Of a stretch of 64,000 nt of DNA, positions 51,233-63,800 are shown piece by piece. The translations under genes were made by a program, and so were the position numbers. Position 1 is the stretch's first letter, and the number at the start of each line of letters is the position of its first letter. The stretch comes from Adineta vaga (lineage: Eukaryota > Animalia > Rotifera), in contig CP075496.1 of NCBI GenBank assembly GCA_021613535.1, forward strand, positions 3,162,001-3,226,000. The letters are read 5' to 3'. The notes beneath the pieces are model-generated. The model was not told the DNA's origin, did no database searches, and saw nothing but the letters and a program-made list of their open reading frames with translations.

Positions 51233-52207
51233 TTATGCTAGAATTTTGTTCAATAATTTCATCGGATGGACTTGATAAAATAATAACTGGAACACGTACA
51301 GATTTTTTCTTCTAATTTGTCGATCAAAATGATGACTCGATGATTTCCATACATGAAAAAATCGAACATCAAGTGCAGCTATCACCACAGGATCAACTGT
51401 GATACTGATATAGTTCAGTATTTGAGCAACAATTCCAATACTACTATTCTTATAACAAAATGGAAATACGAGTAAATGAGGTGACCATAACAATAACCAC
51501 AATGAATAGAACACACATGACTGAATCACCAATTGTCGATGATATTTCAGTCGAGCATCAACGATTTCACGAGATTGAATTCCATCCGTATTGTGAATAT
51601 AATTAAGACTCAACGAAAGAAAGATAATTGCCAAAATAACTGGAATGAAATAAGAAAAGAGAAGAAATAGTAGTTGAACTAATAATGATGTTGGTAAAAG
51701 ATCACAAACATCATCTGATGGACTCTGCAAAGTAGACCATCCACGTCGAATCAAAGTCAAATGACCGATTAATGGAAAAAGATAGATGAGAAGGTGAGCG
51801 ATGATGATGAGGCGAGTGTTGATCGAATAAACGTTGTGATTGTGGACAATCTGAAGATATCGACAAATGTTCAATGCGAGAAGAATATAACTTTGAAGAA
51901 GATTGAGATAATTATCAAAGATTGCTTCACAATAACAGATGACGATGCGAAGAAGGTGTGGTATACAGAATGACCACCATCGATAGATGTACGAAAGAAA
52001 GAATCGAATAATGAGAAGAAGATCAGTGACAAGATATGCATAGAGCCATTGCATTGATCTTTGTCGAACAGATGGATAGATAATGAACTGGATCCAGAAG
52101 AAGAGATGAGTGAATGTTGCAAGAATGGAAATATAGAAGATAGGTTTGAGGATTGTAATCGCTTGTGGAGACCAAATGATAATTTCACAATCAGTTCGAT
52201 TTGCCAT
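51233..52207 (-). CDS. Intronless orphan 7TM receptor, paralog 3 (near-identical to paralog 2, frameshifted tail)
   Basis: 324 aa; one internal amino-acid difference from paralog 2; 1-nt deletion near 51303. Confidence 0.85.
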   Translation of the reverse strand: MANRTDCEIIIWSPQAITILKPIFYISILATFTHLFFWIQFIIYPSVRQRSMQWLYAYLVTDLLLIIRFFLSYIYRWWSFCIPHLLRIVICYCEAIFDNYLNLLQSYILLALNICRYLQIVHNHNVYSINTRLIIIAHLLIYLFPLIGHLTLIRRGWSTLQSPSDDVCDLLPTSLLVQLLFLLFSYFIPVILAIIFLSLSLNYIHNTDGIQSREIVDARLKYHRQLVIQSCVFYSLWLLLWSPHLLVFPFCYKNSSIGIVAQILNYISITVDPVVIAALDVRFFHVWKSSSHHFDRQIRRKNLYVFQLLFYQVHPMKLLNKILA

Positions 52208-53981
52208 GATTGATTAATAATATCGTAGTAATTTCTATAATATCAATAATTTAGTTATATGCTTTTAATGGAAAGAAGCGAGATAGAAATGCATGAAGAT
52301 AGCACAAAACTACTATCAACAGAAAGATTACAATGAAGAAGTTATTAAATCATGAAAGACTTCGAGAAATTCCATAGAAAAATTTTCTCTTCGGCTTTTG
52401 TCTATGAACAAAATTCACTTTATGTATGCGTGCTACTTGCACTTGAAGTCTATCTCAGGGAAGAATGAAAATCTTTATGAAAGAAAAGTCCGTGTCTACT
52501 AAGTAGGAGAAAAATCACTTTTACTAACGTTGACTCGGAAGTAAGTGATGCTTTTGTTTGTCGGAGAAAAGATAGATTAATAACTTGAATTTTCACATGA
52601 GTAGAAATTCAAATTGCTATACTATGTAAAATCTATGGAACATCTACATATCTTAATTTTGCGTATATCCAAACAAATACAACTTAGATATTCTTACTTT
52701 TTTAGTTTCTTCAATTGACAGTTTTTAACCTGGAATATTTGATAAGGTAATTTATTTAGTTAGTCTTCATCAATACAACATTATGTTGACAATATACGTT
52801 TTCTAATGACTATCTATTTTTTTCTACCGATTTGCTTCCTCACTTTTTTAATTTTGATAATGGACTTATTGAAGTGTAGCGTTGAAGAACCAAAGTAGAA
52901 GAGAAAAAAGAAAGAGAAATGCTTATTGTATCAAGTTATGTGGATTATTTTTTTTATCCAGCAAACATTCTAGGTTTACATATTCTAAAATATCACTCGT
53001 TAGTTTGCTAATTATCAAAATAATTGAGATCGTACATTTTCTTATCACATTTAAAACCCGAAAATTTGCAAGATGAATAGTTTTTCATGCACAACTGAAT
53101 TCTTTTCCATGAATATTATTTTCAATTTATGTTTTTCCTTTCAACCTAATATCCGCAGGCATTTTAATTATAAAGTTAACTATGACAATGACGTCAGAAG
53201 AAATGATTTCTTATAAGATGATAAATTAAATAGCGAAAAGAAAAGCCATGCCATCGTTTATTTTTATCTGAATAAGAAAAGTCGACAAGTTTTCTGTAGA
53301 AATTTAATACTGACAACGAGTAAACTAGGCTAAAACGTTTTCATCATTATCTCGATTGATTCTATCGGATATGTTTTAATTTTCTTGAAAAGAATTTTTG
53401 ACAATATTACGTGAAACTTATTATTTGCCATATTGTTGATTACAATACCTGAGTTACTTGTTTCAAGAATTCCATTTTCTTAATGTAAATTATTTCTTGG
53501 TTTGTGACAGATTTTCTACGGCAATAAAAGAAAACGTTTATGGTGAACTAAAGTCCTTGGCATGTTGAAAATAGTTTACTTGCACCAAAAAAAAACTCCT
53601 ATCTTCAACAAAAAATAACGAGCAGAACGGAGAGCAACACAATATTTGAAAGCTACTTTCTTAAATCATATCTGAATAATGTCAAGATGGATTAATATTC
53701 ATCATCATTTGTTCATGTTTCACTTTCATTAATAAAGTTATTTTATGTTATATTTCATTCTGTTCTTTTTCTGTCTTCTTCTTCAAACACAACATAAAAT
53801 ATAAAATAAGAAAACTCTAGAATTGGTAAAGATATATCATCTAGATGTCAGACAATGTCAGTCTTTTGTTAGTTGTGTTCATAAATATTCTTTTGTTCTC
53901 GATTGGTATCATATGGATTAAGTTATAGAGAAAAGAATCACTTCGATAAGACATTTGAAATCTCGGCGTATTATAGATAGA

Positions 53982-56828
53982 ATGTCGTTTGAAATGAATA
54001 ATTCATGGTTGAATTTAACGAATCAATCAATAGTCAATGATAATGATGATCGATTTAATTTTAAATCAACTTCAGAAGGTTTTTCTTTCTATTATGAAAA
54101 AAACTTAAAATTGAAATTTCTTTTGTTAGACTTTTTTACTCGAGAAGGTGAACGATTTGTACGTGAAGATCCATTAGTACCATTTTCAAATTCGATTCTT
54201 ACGGATATTACACAAAATCACGATCAATCTTGGTCAAATGATCAAAATCCTGGTAGTCCTGGTTGTTCTACGACAACATTTTTCATGGCAAAATCTTCAA
54301 CACCTGATGAAATGCTCAATGCACTGCTAAGTGGTTAGTTAAATTTTTCGATAATAGAATTTGAAATCTCTATTGACTATTAATTGAAGGAAAAACAGAT
54401 GGAATAATAACAAAAGAAAATCAACAACCAACATCTTTACGAAATCTTGTACAAGGATGGAATGAACCAACATTAATGAATAAGAAATCATCAAGTGGAC
54501 TTAATTTACGACAACAAAAAGATTCACCTTTTACTGAAGTATATTTCAGAAAGCTTGTCATTTTTTTTTGGTTTATTTCCTCTTTTCTTCCAGAACTGCA
54601 ATACTATTGTCAAGAAATCAAAGACTGTTTTAACACCAACTCAACCTATTAAAGTCGAAGTATAAATTCAATGGAAATTGTTTTCTTTCGAAAATGCTTT
54701 TTATTTGTTCATTAATATTAGGTTAGTCGATCATTATTTGATACTAAACCTCAATCAACCTCAACAAGTGTCAATTGTGATTTACTTGATTTAACAGCAA
54801 CTAGTACAAATAATCGTCGACATAGTTTAGATTTATCTGATAGTATGTCCATTCTTTCTCTTCATTGCCGTCATAATCATCATCTTAATGGAAATATTTA
54901 TCCAAATATGGTTTCATCTTCTGATGTATCAACTGTCAATACAGAAACTCAAACATCACATTTAGCTGGAGGAGGAGTAGGAGGATCATCATCATCATCG
55001 TCTTCATCATCAACGAATTCATCGCGCACACAAATTCATCAACAACAACATGTACATGCATCAACACATTTTCCTCAATGGCCTTCACATCATTCTCAAC
55101 CATTGTTCTATCCAGTTGTTTCGTACCATCCTATCTATTCATATACACCATCAACATCAACATCGATACCACATCAACCTCCTCCACTCTGTATTCATCC
55201 ACCACCACCACCAACAACAATTAGTAGTTCATCAGATATATATAATCATCATCATGATACAAATAGTCCAATCATTACTTCACTTCACAGTCAACCAAGT
55301 GATGAAAAGTATATGATAAAATTCAAATCTTTATTATTGACTCCTTCTTTCCTATTCATTCAAGATCATCCACATCATCTTTTCAACGGAATAGTCGTTC
55401 ATCTTCATCATCATTACTTTCAGCTAATTCTCAACGATTAAGTAATTTAAATTCTATTTTTTTTCCTTCTTCTTAATTATCGATAATTTTCTCTAATTAT
55501 TTCATCTAGGTCATCATCAATTAACTGAACAACATGATCATTGGTGGCTCGATATTCCATGTTCAACAATCTTTCGTATGCCATCATGTTATGCACATCA
55601 AACAAGTTCGATTGATGTTCCTATAAAAAATAATGGTTCGATCGATATTACAGTAAATTCTCTTTTGTTTTTATCGACAAAAAAACACTCCAACTAAATC
55701 TAAATCAATTTACTAGCTAACAGTTAATATTCATAAATGGGATGTGATCTCAGATACAAGTTCAACATCAAATGAACACCATGAAATAATCCCATTTCAA
55801 TTCGATAGAAAAGAATATCTAATCAAATCTCAACAAGAAATCTTCATCAAAGTACATTTTTGTCCATTTCAAACAGGTAATTATCAATGTAAATTGAATA
55901 TTAAATGTCAATTTTGTTCACAACATCAACCACCCACATCAACATCATTGGTTACATTGGTCGGTGTTTGTCATGATCCTCGTAATGAGGTGAGTTATTT
56001 TCATTCTTTTTTAATGACACTTGTTAAGAATAATCATACTTACTTTACTCATATTAAATAGCTATATTTAGAAAGTTTTTTTTTTATCGACAACAATTCA
56101 TTTCCTTTTAGCATCCAACATTACTTTCATCATTAAAAGAACAACAACGAAATTCTGATGAAAATCTCATCAATCGAATCTCATCTCAAAGTCAAGTTTC
56201 AGATATGTCATTAGCTTCAACAACAGCTCAAAGCGATGGTGATTTAACATCAACAAGTCAACATCGACAAAAAGATGCTATACTGTAAAATTCATCATTA
56301 TGAAATACTTAACAAAACTTTCGATTTATTTGTTAATAGTGATATCGCTAATCAAATTGGAATCGAACAGAATATACTTGATTTTGGTCAAGTTTATATC
56401 AATGATGATTTGACGACAAATTCGAAAACTTTAAAATTAACAATTAAAAATTATAGTCGAACAGATCCATGTGATTAAGAATTATCTGTTCTTTTGAAAA
56501 ACAAACATTTGATCTTTCTCATTAGGTTGATATTAATGAACCACATTTACCCTTCTGTATTAGTGTACGTCGTGCTACGATCAGGTAAACCATTTTCTTT
56601 TCTCTCTCTATAAACTTTAAGTACTTTTGCTATTGAAGAGAAAAATCCTTTGTAAAATTAACGTGTAAATTTCGTCCAAGAAAAGTTGGATTATATAGTG
56701 AAAATGTGATATTAACAATAAAACGACGAAATAATTTTAAAACAACAATTACATTAACTGGTCGATGTATTCTAGAAAATCATAATACAATTTTACATGA
56801 TTCAATGGAAAATGAAGTAAACAAATAA
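53982..56828 (+). CDS. ASH (ASPM/SPD-2/Hydin)-domain protein, CEP192/SPD-2-like, multi-exon
   Basis: Disordered S/T/H/P-rich N-terminal half, then two Ig-like ASH modules: (SIDVPIKNNG...PFQF...IKVHFCPFQTGNYQCKLNI...VTLVGVC) and (LDFGQV...LKLTIKN...PFCI...CKFRPRKVGLYSENVIL...ITLTGRC). Orthology is uncertain. Confidence 0.6.
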
Positions 56829-59800
56829 CTTATCATTGTTTTTCACTTTCCTTTTATATATATTTTTTTTCTTTCTTTAGGAATAGTAATTTATTTATTC
56901 TCTTATTAATAATTTTTTTTGTCTATCTTCTTACAAAAAGAAAAACAACATAGCATGTGTCTTTATATATATGTATATATATAGAAAATATTCAATAAAG
57001 AAGAATCATTTTGATCATATCTATTGATAAGATTAGACATAATGATGTCTCATATATTTCTGTTTTATCGACTTGAGAAAGCAAGAAAAAAACATACATA
57101 TAAATGTTATTACTAATTCTATGTGAACATCTGCAAAATAACGTCTTTTTTTTAATGTTTCGATCTCTATCAAAGGTCGACTCTTTCTAATATAGAATAT
57201 ATTTACTTAAGGCGCGTACATTTGTACGAGACATGACACACAATTTGTTCGATCGAATATACGTTTGGCCTTACTCCAAAACTGTATCACAATGCAAATA
57301 TATATATATATATATATATCGAAGACTAAATGAAAACGACAAGATGATTCATAATTCTACATGATATTATATTCTCTAGCAGAAGAGAAAAAAAAAGTAA
57401 TCATTTCGTCAGACGCGACGTTAATGACTCGGAGACGAGTGTCGAGAAAAAAATATCAATTGATCGTTGATCTCTTCGAATTTGACAAAAACAACGATTC
57501 AAATGGAAAAATAAGGATAAGGAATATTCTATGTACCTAACACATTGTTGATTTGTTTTTCAAAAAGCACGTATTCGTTTTGTAATGACAGATTTTCGAA
57601 AAGAATTTATGAATGATAATACAGAAAAGGCAAACAACTGGATAGTAATATGTTTTTGTAGACGTGCTAGAAATTATTAGTATGTAGAAAAAAAAACGAA
57701 ATCAAGTCCCAAACACGTGTATACCTCGAAAAAGATTCGATGATTCAAAAATCGAAACATATCTATGCTGGAATTTTTCCCTTGATAATCAGTGTCAAAG
57801 TACAATAGGGTGTTCTCTTATATACCCATTAAACTATCTTATAAAAAGCAAAAATATAAAGACTTTCCCACTTGAAACATCATGCGATGTCGAGTGACAT
57901 GCTCGAACTGATGAAAACGCAGATGACCGAGAGTTGACCCACATACATCGAGTAGATTCTTTTTTGACTTCCTAGAAAATCTTCTTATTCTTTGGCAGTT
58001 CTGTTTTTTATGTTGCTTATACAATCTTGCCGATCGAGGACAACGATGCCAAGTAATAAATAATAATGTAGCGTTAATAAATATGCTACCGTAGTAAGAA
58101 TGAGATAAATAAAAAGATATTCCTTTTTCTTCTTCTTCTTTTCTTTCTCCTCCTCCTCCTGCTTCTTCTATATATATATATATACACTATTGCAATTTAT
58201 TGATTTAGTGACATGGTAGGAAATATTTATTGGTACTTAGAATAGTATGTATTTTCTTTTGAAATCATTGTTCTATATATTAGATTTGAAGTACGAGTGT
58301 GTATGTTCGTTTATTATTGTATGTATGCATTTTGTCTCGACTATGATACGATTTCAAAAGCAACAAGTATTGATAATGATGATGAAGATGGAGAAATAGA
58401 AAGGAAGAGTAATGTGCGTTTTGGCGAGCTCGTTTACGCTCTTCGCTGAGTGCATCGTTTTTGATTAACTCATTTCTCCTTCACTTCTTCTTTTTCACGA
58501 ACAACGACATATTCTTCATTCTATACTTCATCATTATTCACAGGTATGTTATCAAATATCATCACATCCATTTCAGTGCATCTTACGACATGAGTAAAAC
58601 ATTAAAAAAACGTTTGTTTCGATGAAAAATAGATTGATAATATCTTTATAAAAAAAATCGAACTAGTTCATGTGTTAATAAAGTTTTCTAGTTTGATGCA
58701 TTAGAGAAGGTAGATAAAAGTATTGACAAGCTATATATAGAAACACGTGTGTGTGTATATTAGTCACATTATTTTGTACTTGCCAATTTTACATTTTATT
58801 GCTAAAAGGATTATCAATGAGACAATCAAACAGATGCGTAGAGCAATGAGAAAATTAACAAGATATTTCAAATGTTTTTCGTTTTTTTCATTGATTGAAG
58901 AAAAATATAGTGGAATATTTAGTATGTTAGATGATAGTTCTATCAGACTTAAGTTTCTATATCTCAGAACTCGTATTAATTATCGTTATTTCGAATTATT
59001 TTCCGAAGAAAGAAAACCCTGGATATTAACTGATTTCTTAACTTGTCGACAGCAACCATTTCGCTATCGGAGACTCTATCGACGAAAGAATAAAACGAGA
59101 GCAAATTCTCGTCATAATAATAAACGGGAGCTTTTGAGCAAAACGTATCGATGTATGAAGGTCATTCTGTTCATGATACCGAAGGAACATATTTATTGAT
59201 TGAATAAAAACACTTTCAAGTTTTCTTTTTTTTCGGCAGTCAAAAGATGTTATTGAACTCTTCTTCTCATGAAATTGAGTAGGCGAGTATGTATGTGAGA
59301 AAAAGGAGCCTATAAGATTCTTCATGCGCTCGTTTTTTTTCTCCTTTGGAACTCATAATGATCGACAGTGAAGAAAGAAAAAACGTAGGCGTGCATGATA
59401 GCAACTTGTTGTTAGAGAGCAGAGAAAAAAACGAGAACGTCTATGGATGTCGGTGCGTGAGAACATTGACGTCAGCTGTTGTTTTCGATCCATACTAATT
59501 CCAATTACGATTCGAAATCGACACAAAGCAAGGTCACAAAGAAAAGAAAAAGAAGCGAATGGAAGAAAAAAACTAAAGTAAATTAGTTTCTTTATGTTCA
59601 CTATCTCTTGAGACATTAGAAAAGCAATGAGATTCCTTCTAAACATATGAACGCTCGATAGCGGCCTCTCTACAATGTCCTATCCAATTGGGTAGTTCTC
59701 TTTCGTTTCTTCATTCTCAACAAGCTATTTCTATTTTAGCAACTGTGTGCGTATGTTGTTGGTTGATATTGATCGATTAGAAATACTCCCTTGTTTACTC

Positions 59801-60891
59801 TTTCTTTTTTACTTTTAGAACACCCAAAAATGAAATGTTGGAAAATATGAATGAAAACAAATACGTTTGCACTTTGCACTTGCTTGAAGTTTACATACTT
59901 TTATAGTAGCAAAAAAAAAGAGAAAAGGGCAAGTATTGATTAAACTTATCGAAGTCAGGCTTACTAGTCTTTCTTTCTCTCTCTCTCTCTTCTCATTTGA
60001 TACGTTTACACTCCCATTTTCCCTTTGTTGTCCTTGAATACACTTTTAATCATGACATCATGATTATTCAATTTTTTCCTTTCGTCTTTATCGAAGTAGA
60101 AGAAAAAAATCAATTGAAATAATAAAAAAGAAAACTAAATCGTTGTTATTTACCTAAACAGATGAACTTTTTCTTCTACTTTTTACATTGATATGTGAGA
60201 AAAAAATGTCTTATTTACACAAGTCTAGTCGATTTCACTTGAAAAACAACAAGAAAAAAAAACAAGTTTTTTTTCTCCTTCTCTCCTGTCAGAAAGAGAA
60301 AAAAATCTATATTTTCTTTTTCTTTTCATCGTTTTTTCCGTATTCATTAACGCGTAAAAAAGCTGCAGACACGTTTTATGCTTCGTCTGTCTGTCTATAT
60401 ATGCTTGTTTCATATACTTTTTGTTTCTTCTTCTTCTTTCAGATTTTACTTTCAGTACAAAATTAACAAATAAACAAGAATATATATATTCGTTTTTTTT
60501 CTTGTTTAACTCACTTGAAACATACTTTTGTGTCAATTATTTTTTTTCTCAAAGAAAATATCGACACACCCTATTGGTTTTTATTTATTCTATGTAATGG
60601 AATATATATTATGGACAATACATATACACAAGATTAAAAATTCAATCGATTCAATTCGTAATATTATATCCAGAAATCTATTAACAGATTATTATTTCAA
60701 TTTTCTTTACAATAAAACATTATCTAGTTGACGAATAGTATATTACTTATCTTTGTAGATACGACTTCAATTATACTTATTTATTTACTGTGTAATTATG
60801 AGGACTTTTCTTTGATTTCAAACAAAGAATAATTTACGTCAGATTTCTTTTTCACTCTATTCGATATTTATTTAAAAACAAATCGTTTTGC

Positions 60892-63800
60892 ATGTCAGCA
60901 GCAACAACAGCAGCACCCATACGAAATATTAAATCTCGTTTATCAACAACTATTAATACTCGAAATAATATGACAGCAAATGGAAATGAAACAAAATTCA
61001 ATCGAATTCATCCAAAAAAATCTTCAAGTACAACCAATATCTCACAAGATTATTCAGCAACAAATGGTTCTATTAATCATTTAAAGAAACGTACTGTTGT
61101 ATCTAACAATCATCATTTAAATAAATCAATATCGACTAACGAAAGAAATACAACTAATCATCATCACATCACAATGGACATGATTCTAATAAAAATTTGC
61201 CCAATAATTCAATTCGATCTCCATCACCCATTGTTTTTCATGCAATTGCACCAGCTTCATCATCAGAAGATATTATTCCAGAGGAAAAGGTATCTTTCTT
61301 AAGAACAAACGATTCTCTACAAGTAAAAGCATAGAAAAGATTTTTCATTCCTAAGATAACGTTATTGTTTATGAAAAAAAGATGTTTAAGCTATCTGTAT
61401 TAAGAATCATTATGTACAAACACAACGTGGAAATTCTTTTTTTTTTCTCTTTATTTTAGTCGAATAATGAACTTGTGTCAGCATCCAGCCGTCGAATAGC
61501 AAATATTCTTGCTCATAGTCGAATAAAAACAATGTCAAATGTAATATCAAGCTGTTCGGATGAAGAACGCGAATCGAGTACTCATAATTCTCAAAATGAA
61601 TCATCATCATCATCAATTGATACTGATACTGATGCTGATGAATCTGATCATGAATCCAATAGTAATTCAACAAAACTAATGAATAAATCACGTCGTTTTC
61701 AAAAAACTCGAAAAACAAGTTTTTCATCATTGAATAATAATCATACACCACCAATATCACGAACAAATATACGTAAAGATGATCATCAACAGCAACAACA
61801 ACATGATAGATCCAGTTCCAATGACGAAGATACGACAGAAATCAATGGATTAAATGATGACATACTATCTACGAATCGACGAATAAAATTATTTCCATTA
61901 AAAAAACGTGATCATATGACAGCGACAACAACAACAGATGATGACACAACAAAACATCATCGATATCATCCATTAGATAATCTTCAATTTAATGGAAAAC
62001 TGTTTCCATCAGATTCAACGAGATCATCACCAGTACCTACAAATGTTACACTCATAAATCCAATTCCAACACGAAAACCAAGTCGTTTTCAAGTTAAATC
62101 CATACGAAAATCTCAACAACATCACCTTCTATTATCTAATGCAACAACAGCTAAATCATCGAATGATGACGATGGTTCAGCATCCAATCAACGTACAAAA
62201 ATATCACTAAAACAATCATTATTTGAACGTAAACATACGAATACGCCAACTACCGATGGAGAAAATTCGACAACTAATACCGATAATATTGTTAATGGTG
62301 CCTTATTGACATTGAAACATGTTAAAAATGGAGGTATTGGTAATGGAAATGGACATCATCGTGTACGTTTTCACGTAACACAACATAAAAAACATGAATC
62401 ACCTGCAGAAGAAGAAAAAATATCAGCTCCAGTAACACCTTCACCAGCAGTAGTTCCGCCTTCATCAACAACTTCAGCACAAGGAGAAGTTAGTTAATTT
62501 GAATATGATATTTGATTCAGAAAAATATTCGTTTGTTTTTCGTAGGATGAAGAAGAAGAAGAAGCTGTTGCTAAAAGTCCCGATAATCGTTTTATTAAAT
62601 ATGCAAAAGAAATCGGTCGTGGTGCATTTAAAACTGTATATCGTGGTTTAGATACGGAAACAAGTGTTGCAGTTGCTTGGTGTGAATTACAAGTAAGAAA
62701 GAAATAATCACGAGATTTGACATAGAAATCCATTTTTCCACTTTAGGAATTTGCACAATTTGATAGACATGAACGTGCACGTTTTAAAGAAGAAGCTGAA
62801 ATGTTAAAGAAACTTCAACATCAAAATATTGTTCGTTTCTATGATTTTTGGGAAGAAACAAATCAACGAACAAACAAAAAAGTTATTATACTTGTTACAG
62901 AATTAATGACATCGGGTTCATTAAAAGGGTAAAAAAACAAAGAGACTTTTTGTATTGATATTCACAAATCATTTGTTTCATATAGATATATTCGGAATTT
63001 CAAAGGACAAAAGGAAGAAAAACGTATTAATGTCATGAAAAAATGGTGTCGACAAATTCTTAAAGGTCTTGCTTATTTACATAGTCGGAATCCGCCTGTT
63101 ATTCATCGAGATTTAAAATGTGACAATGTTTTCATATCCAGTACAACCGGTTGCGTGAAAATCGGTGATCTTGGTTTAGCAACATTTAAAACTCAAACAT
63201 TCGCTAAAAGTATGCGTGGTACAATGGAATTTATGGCACCGGAAATGTTCGATGAAAAATATGATGAATTAGTTGATATTTATTCATTTGGTTTATGTAT
63301 GTTAGAAATGATTACAGGTGAATATCCATATATTGAATGTAAAGGACCAACAGCTGTGATAAAACGTGTTACAGCTGGTTTAAAACCTGATTGTTATTAT
63401 AAAGTTGAAAGTGAAGATGTTCGAGAAGTCATTGATTGTTGTATAAGAACGAAAAAAGAAGAACGTTTATCTGTACATGATCTATTACAACATTCATTCT
63501 TTCTTGATGATAATGGTTTACGTATTGATCTTGTTCGAGATTCATCGGATGATTCTGTTGTTATGATGAAAAATGATTCAGTAGATTTAAAATTGAAAAT
63601 TGTTGATAAAGCAAAACGAAAAGCTTTATTTGCAGAAAAGAAAGTTTTATCAACGGTTTTTGAAGCCATACTTTTCCCATATAATCTCAATAATGATACA
63701 CCAGAACAAATTGCAGATGAATTAATTGGCAAAACTTATATTTTTGATGAAGATAAAAAATTTGTTATACAATCCATTAAAGATCGTGTTCGAGCATTGA

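Noticed and set aside
48861-52188. Two similar 105-aa alternative-frame ORFs as a conserved overlapping gene
   Set aside because: Their similarity follows directly from the near-identical GPCR DNA.
44524-52207. Opsin identity for the 7TM cluster
   Set aside because: No retinal-binding Lys in TM7.
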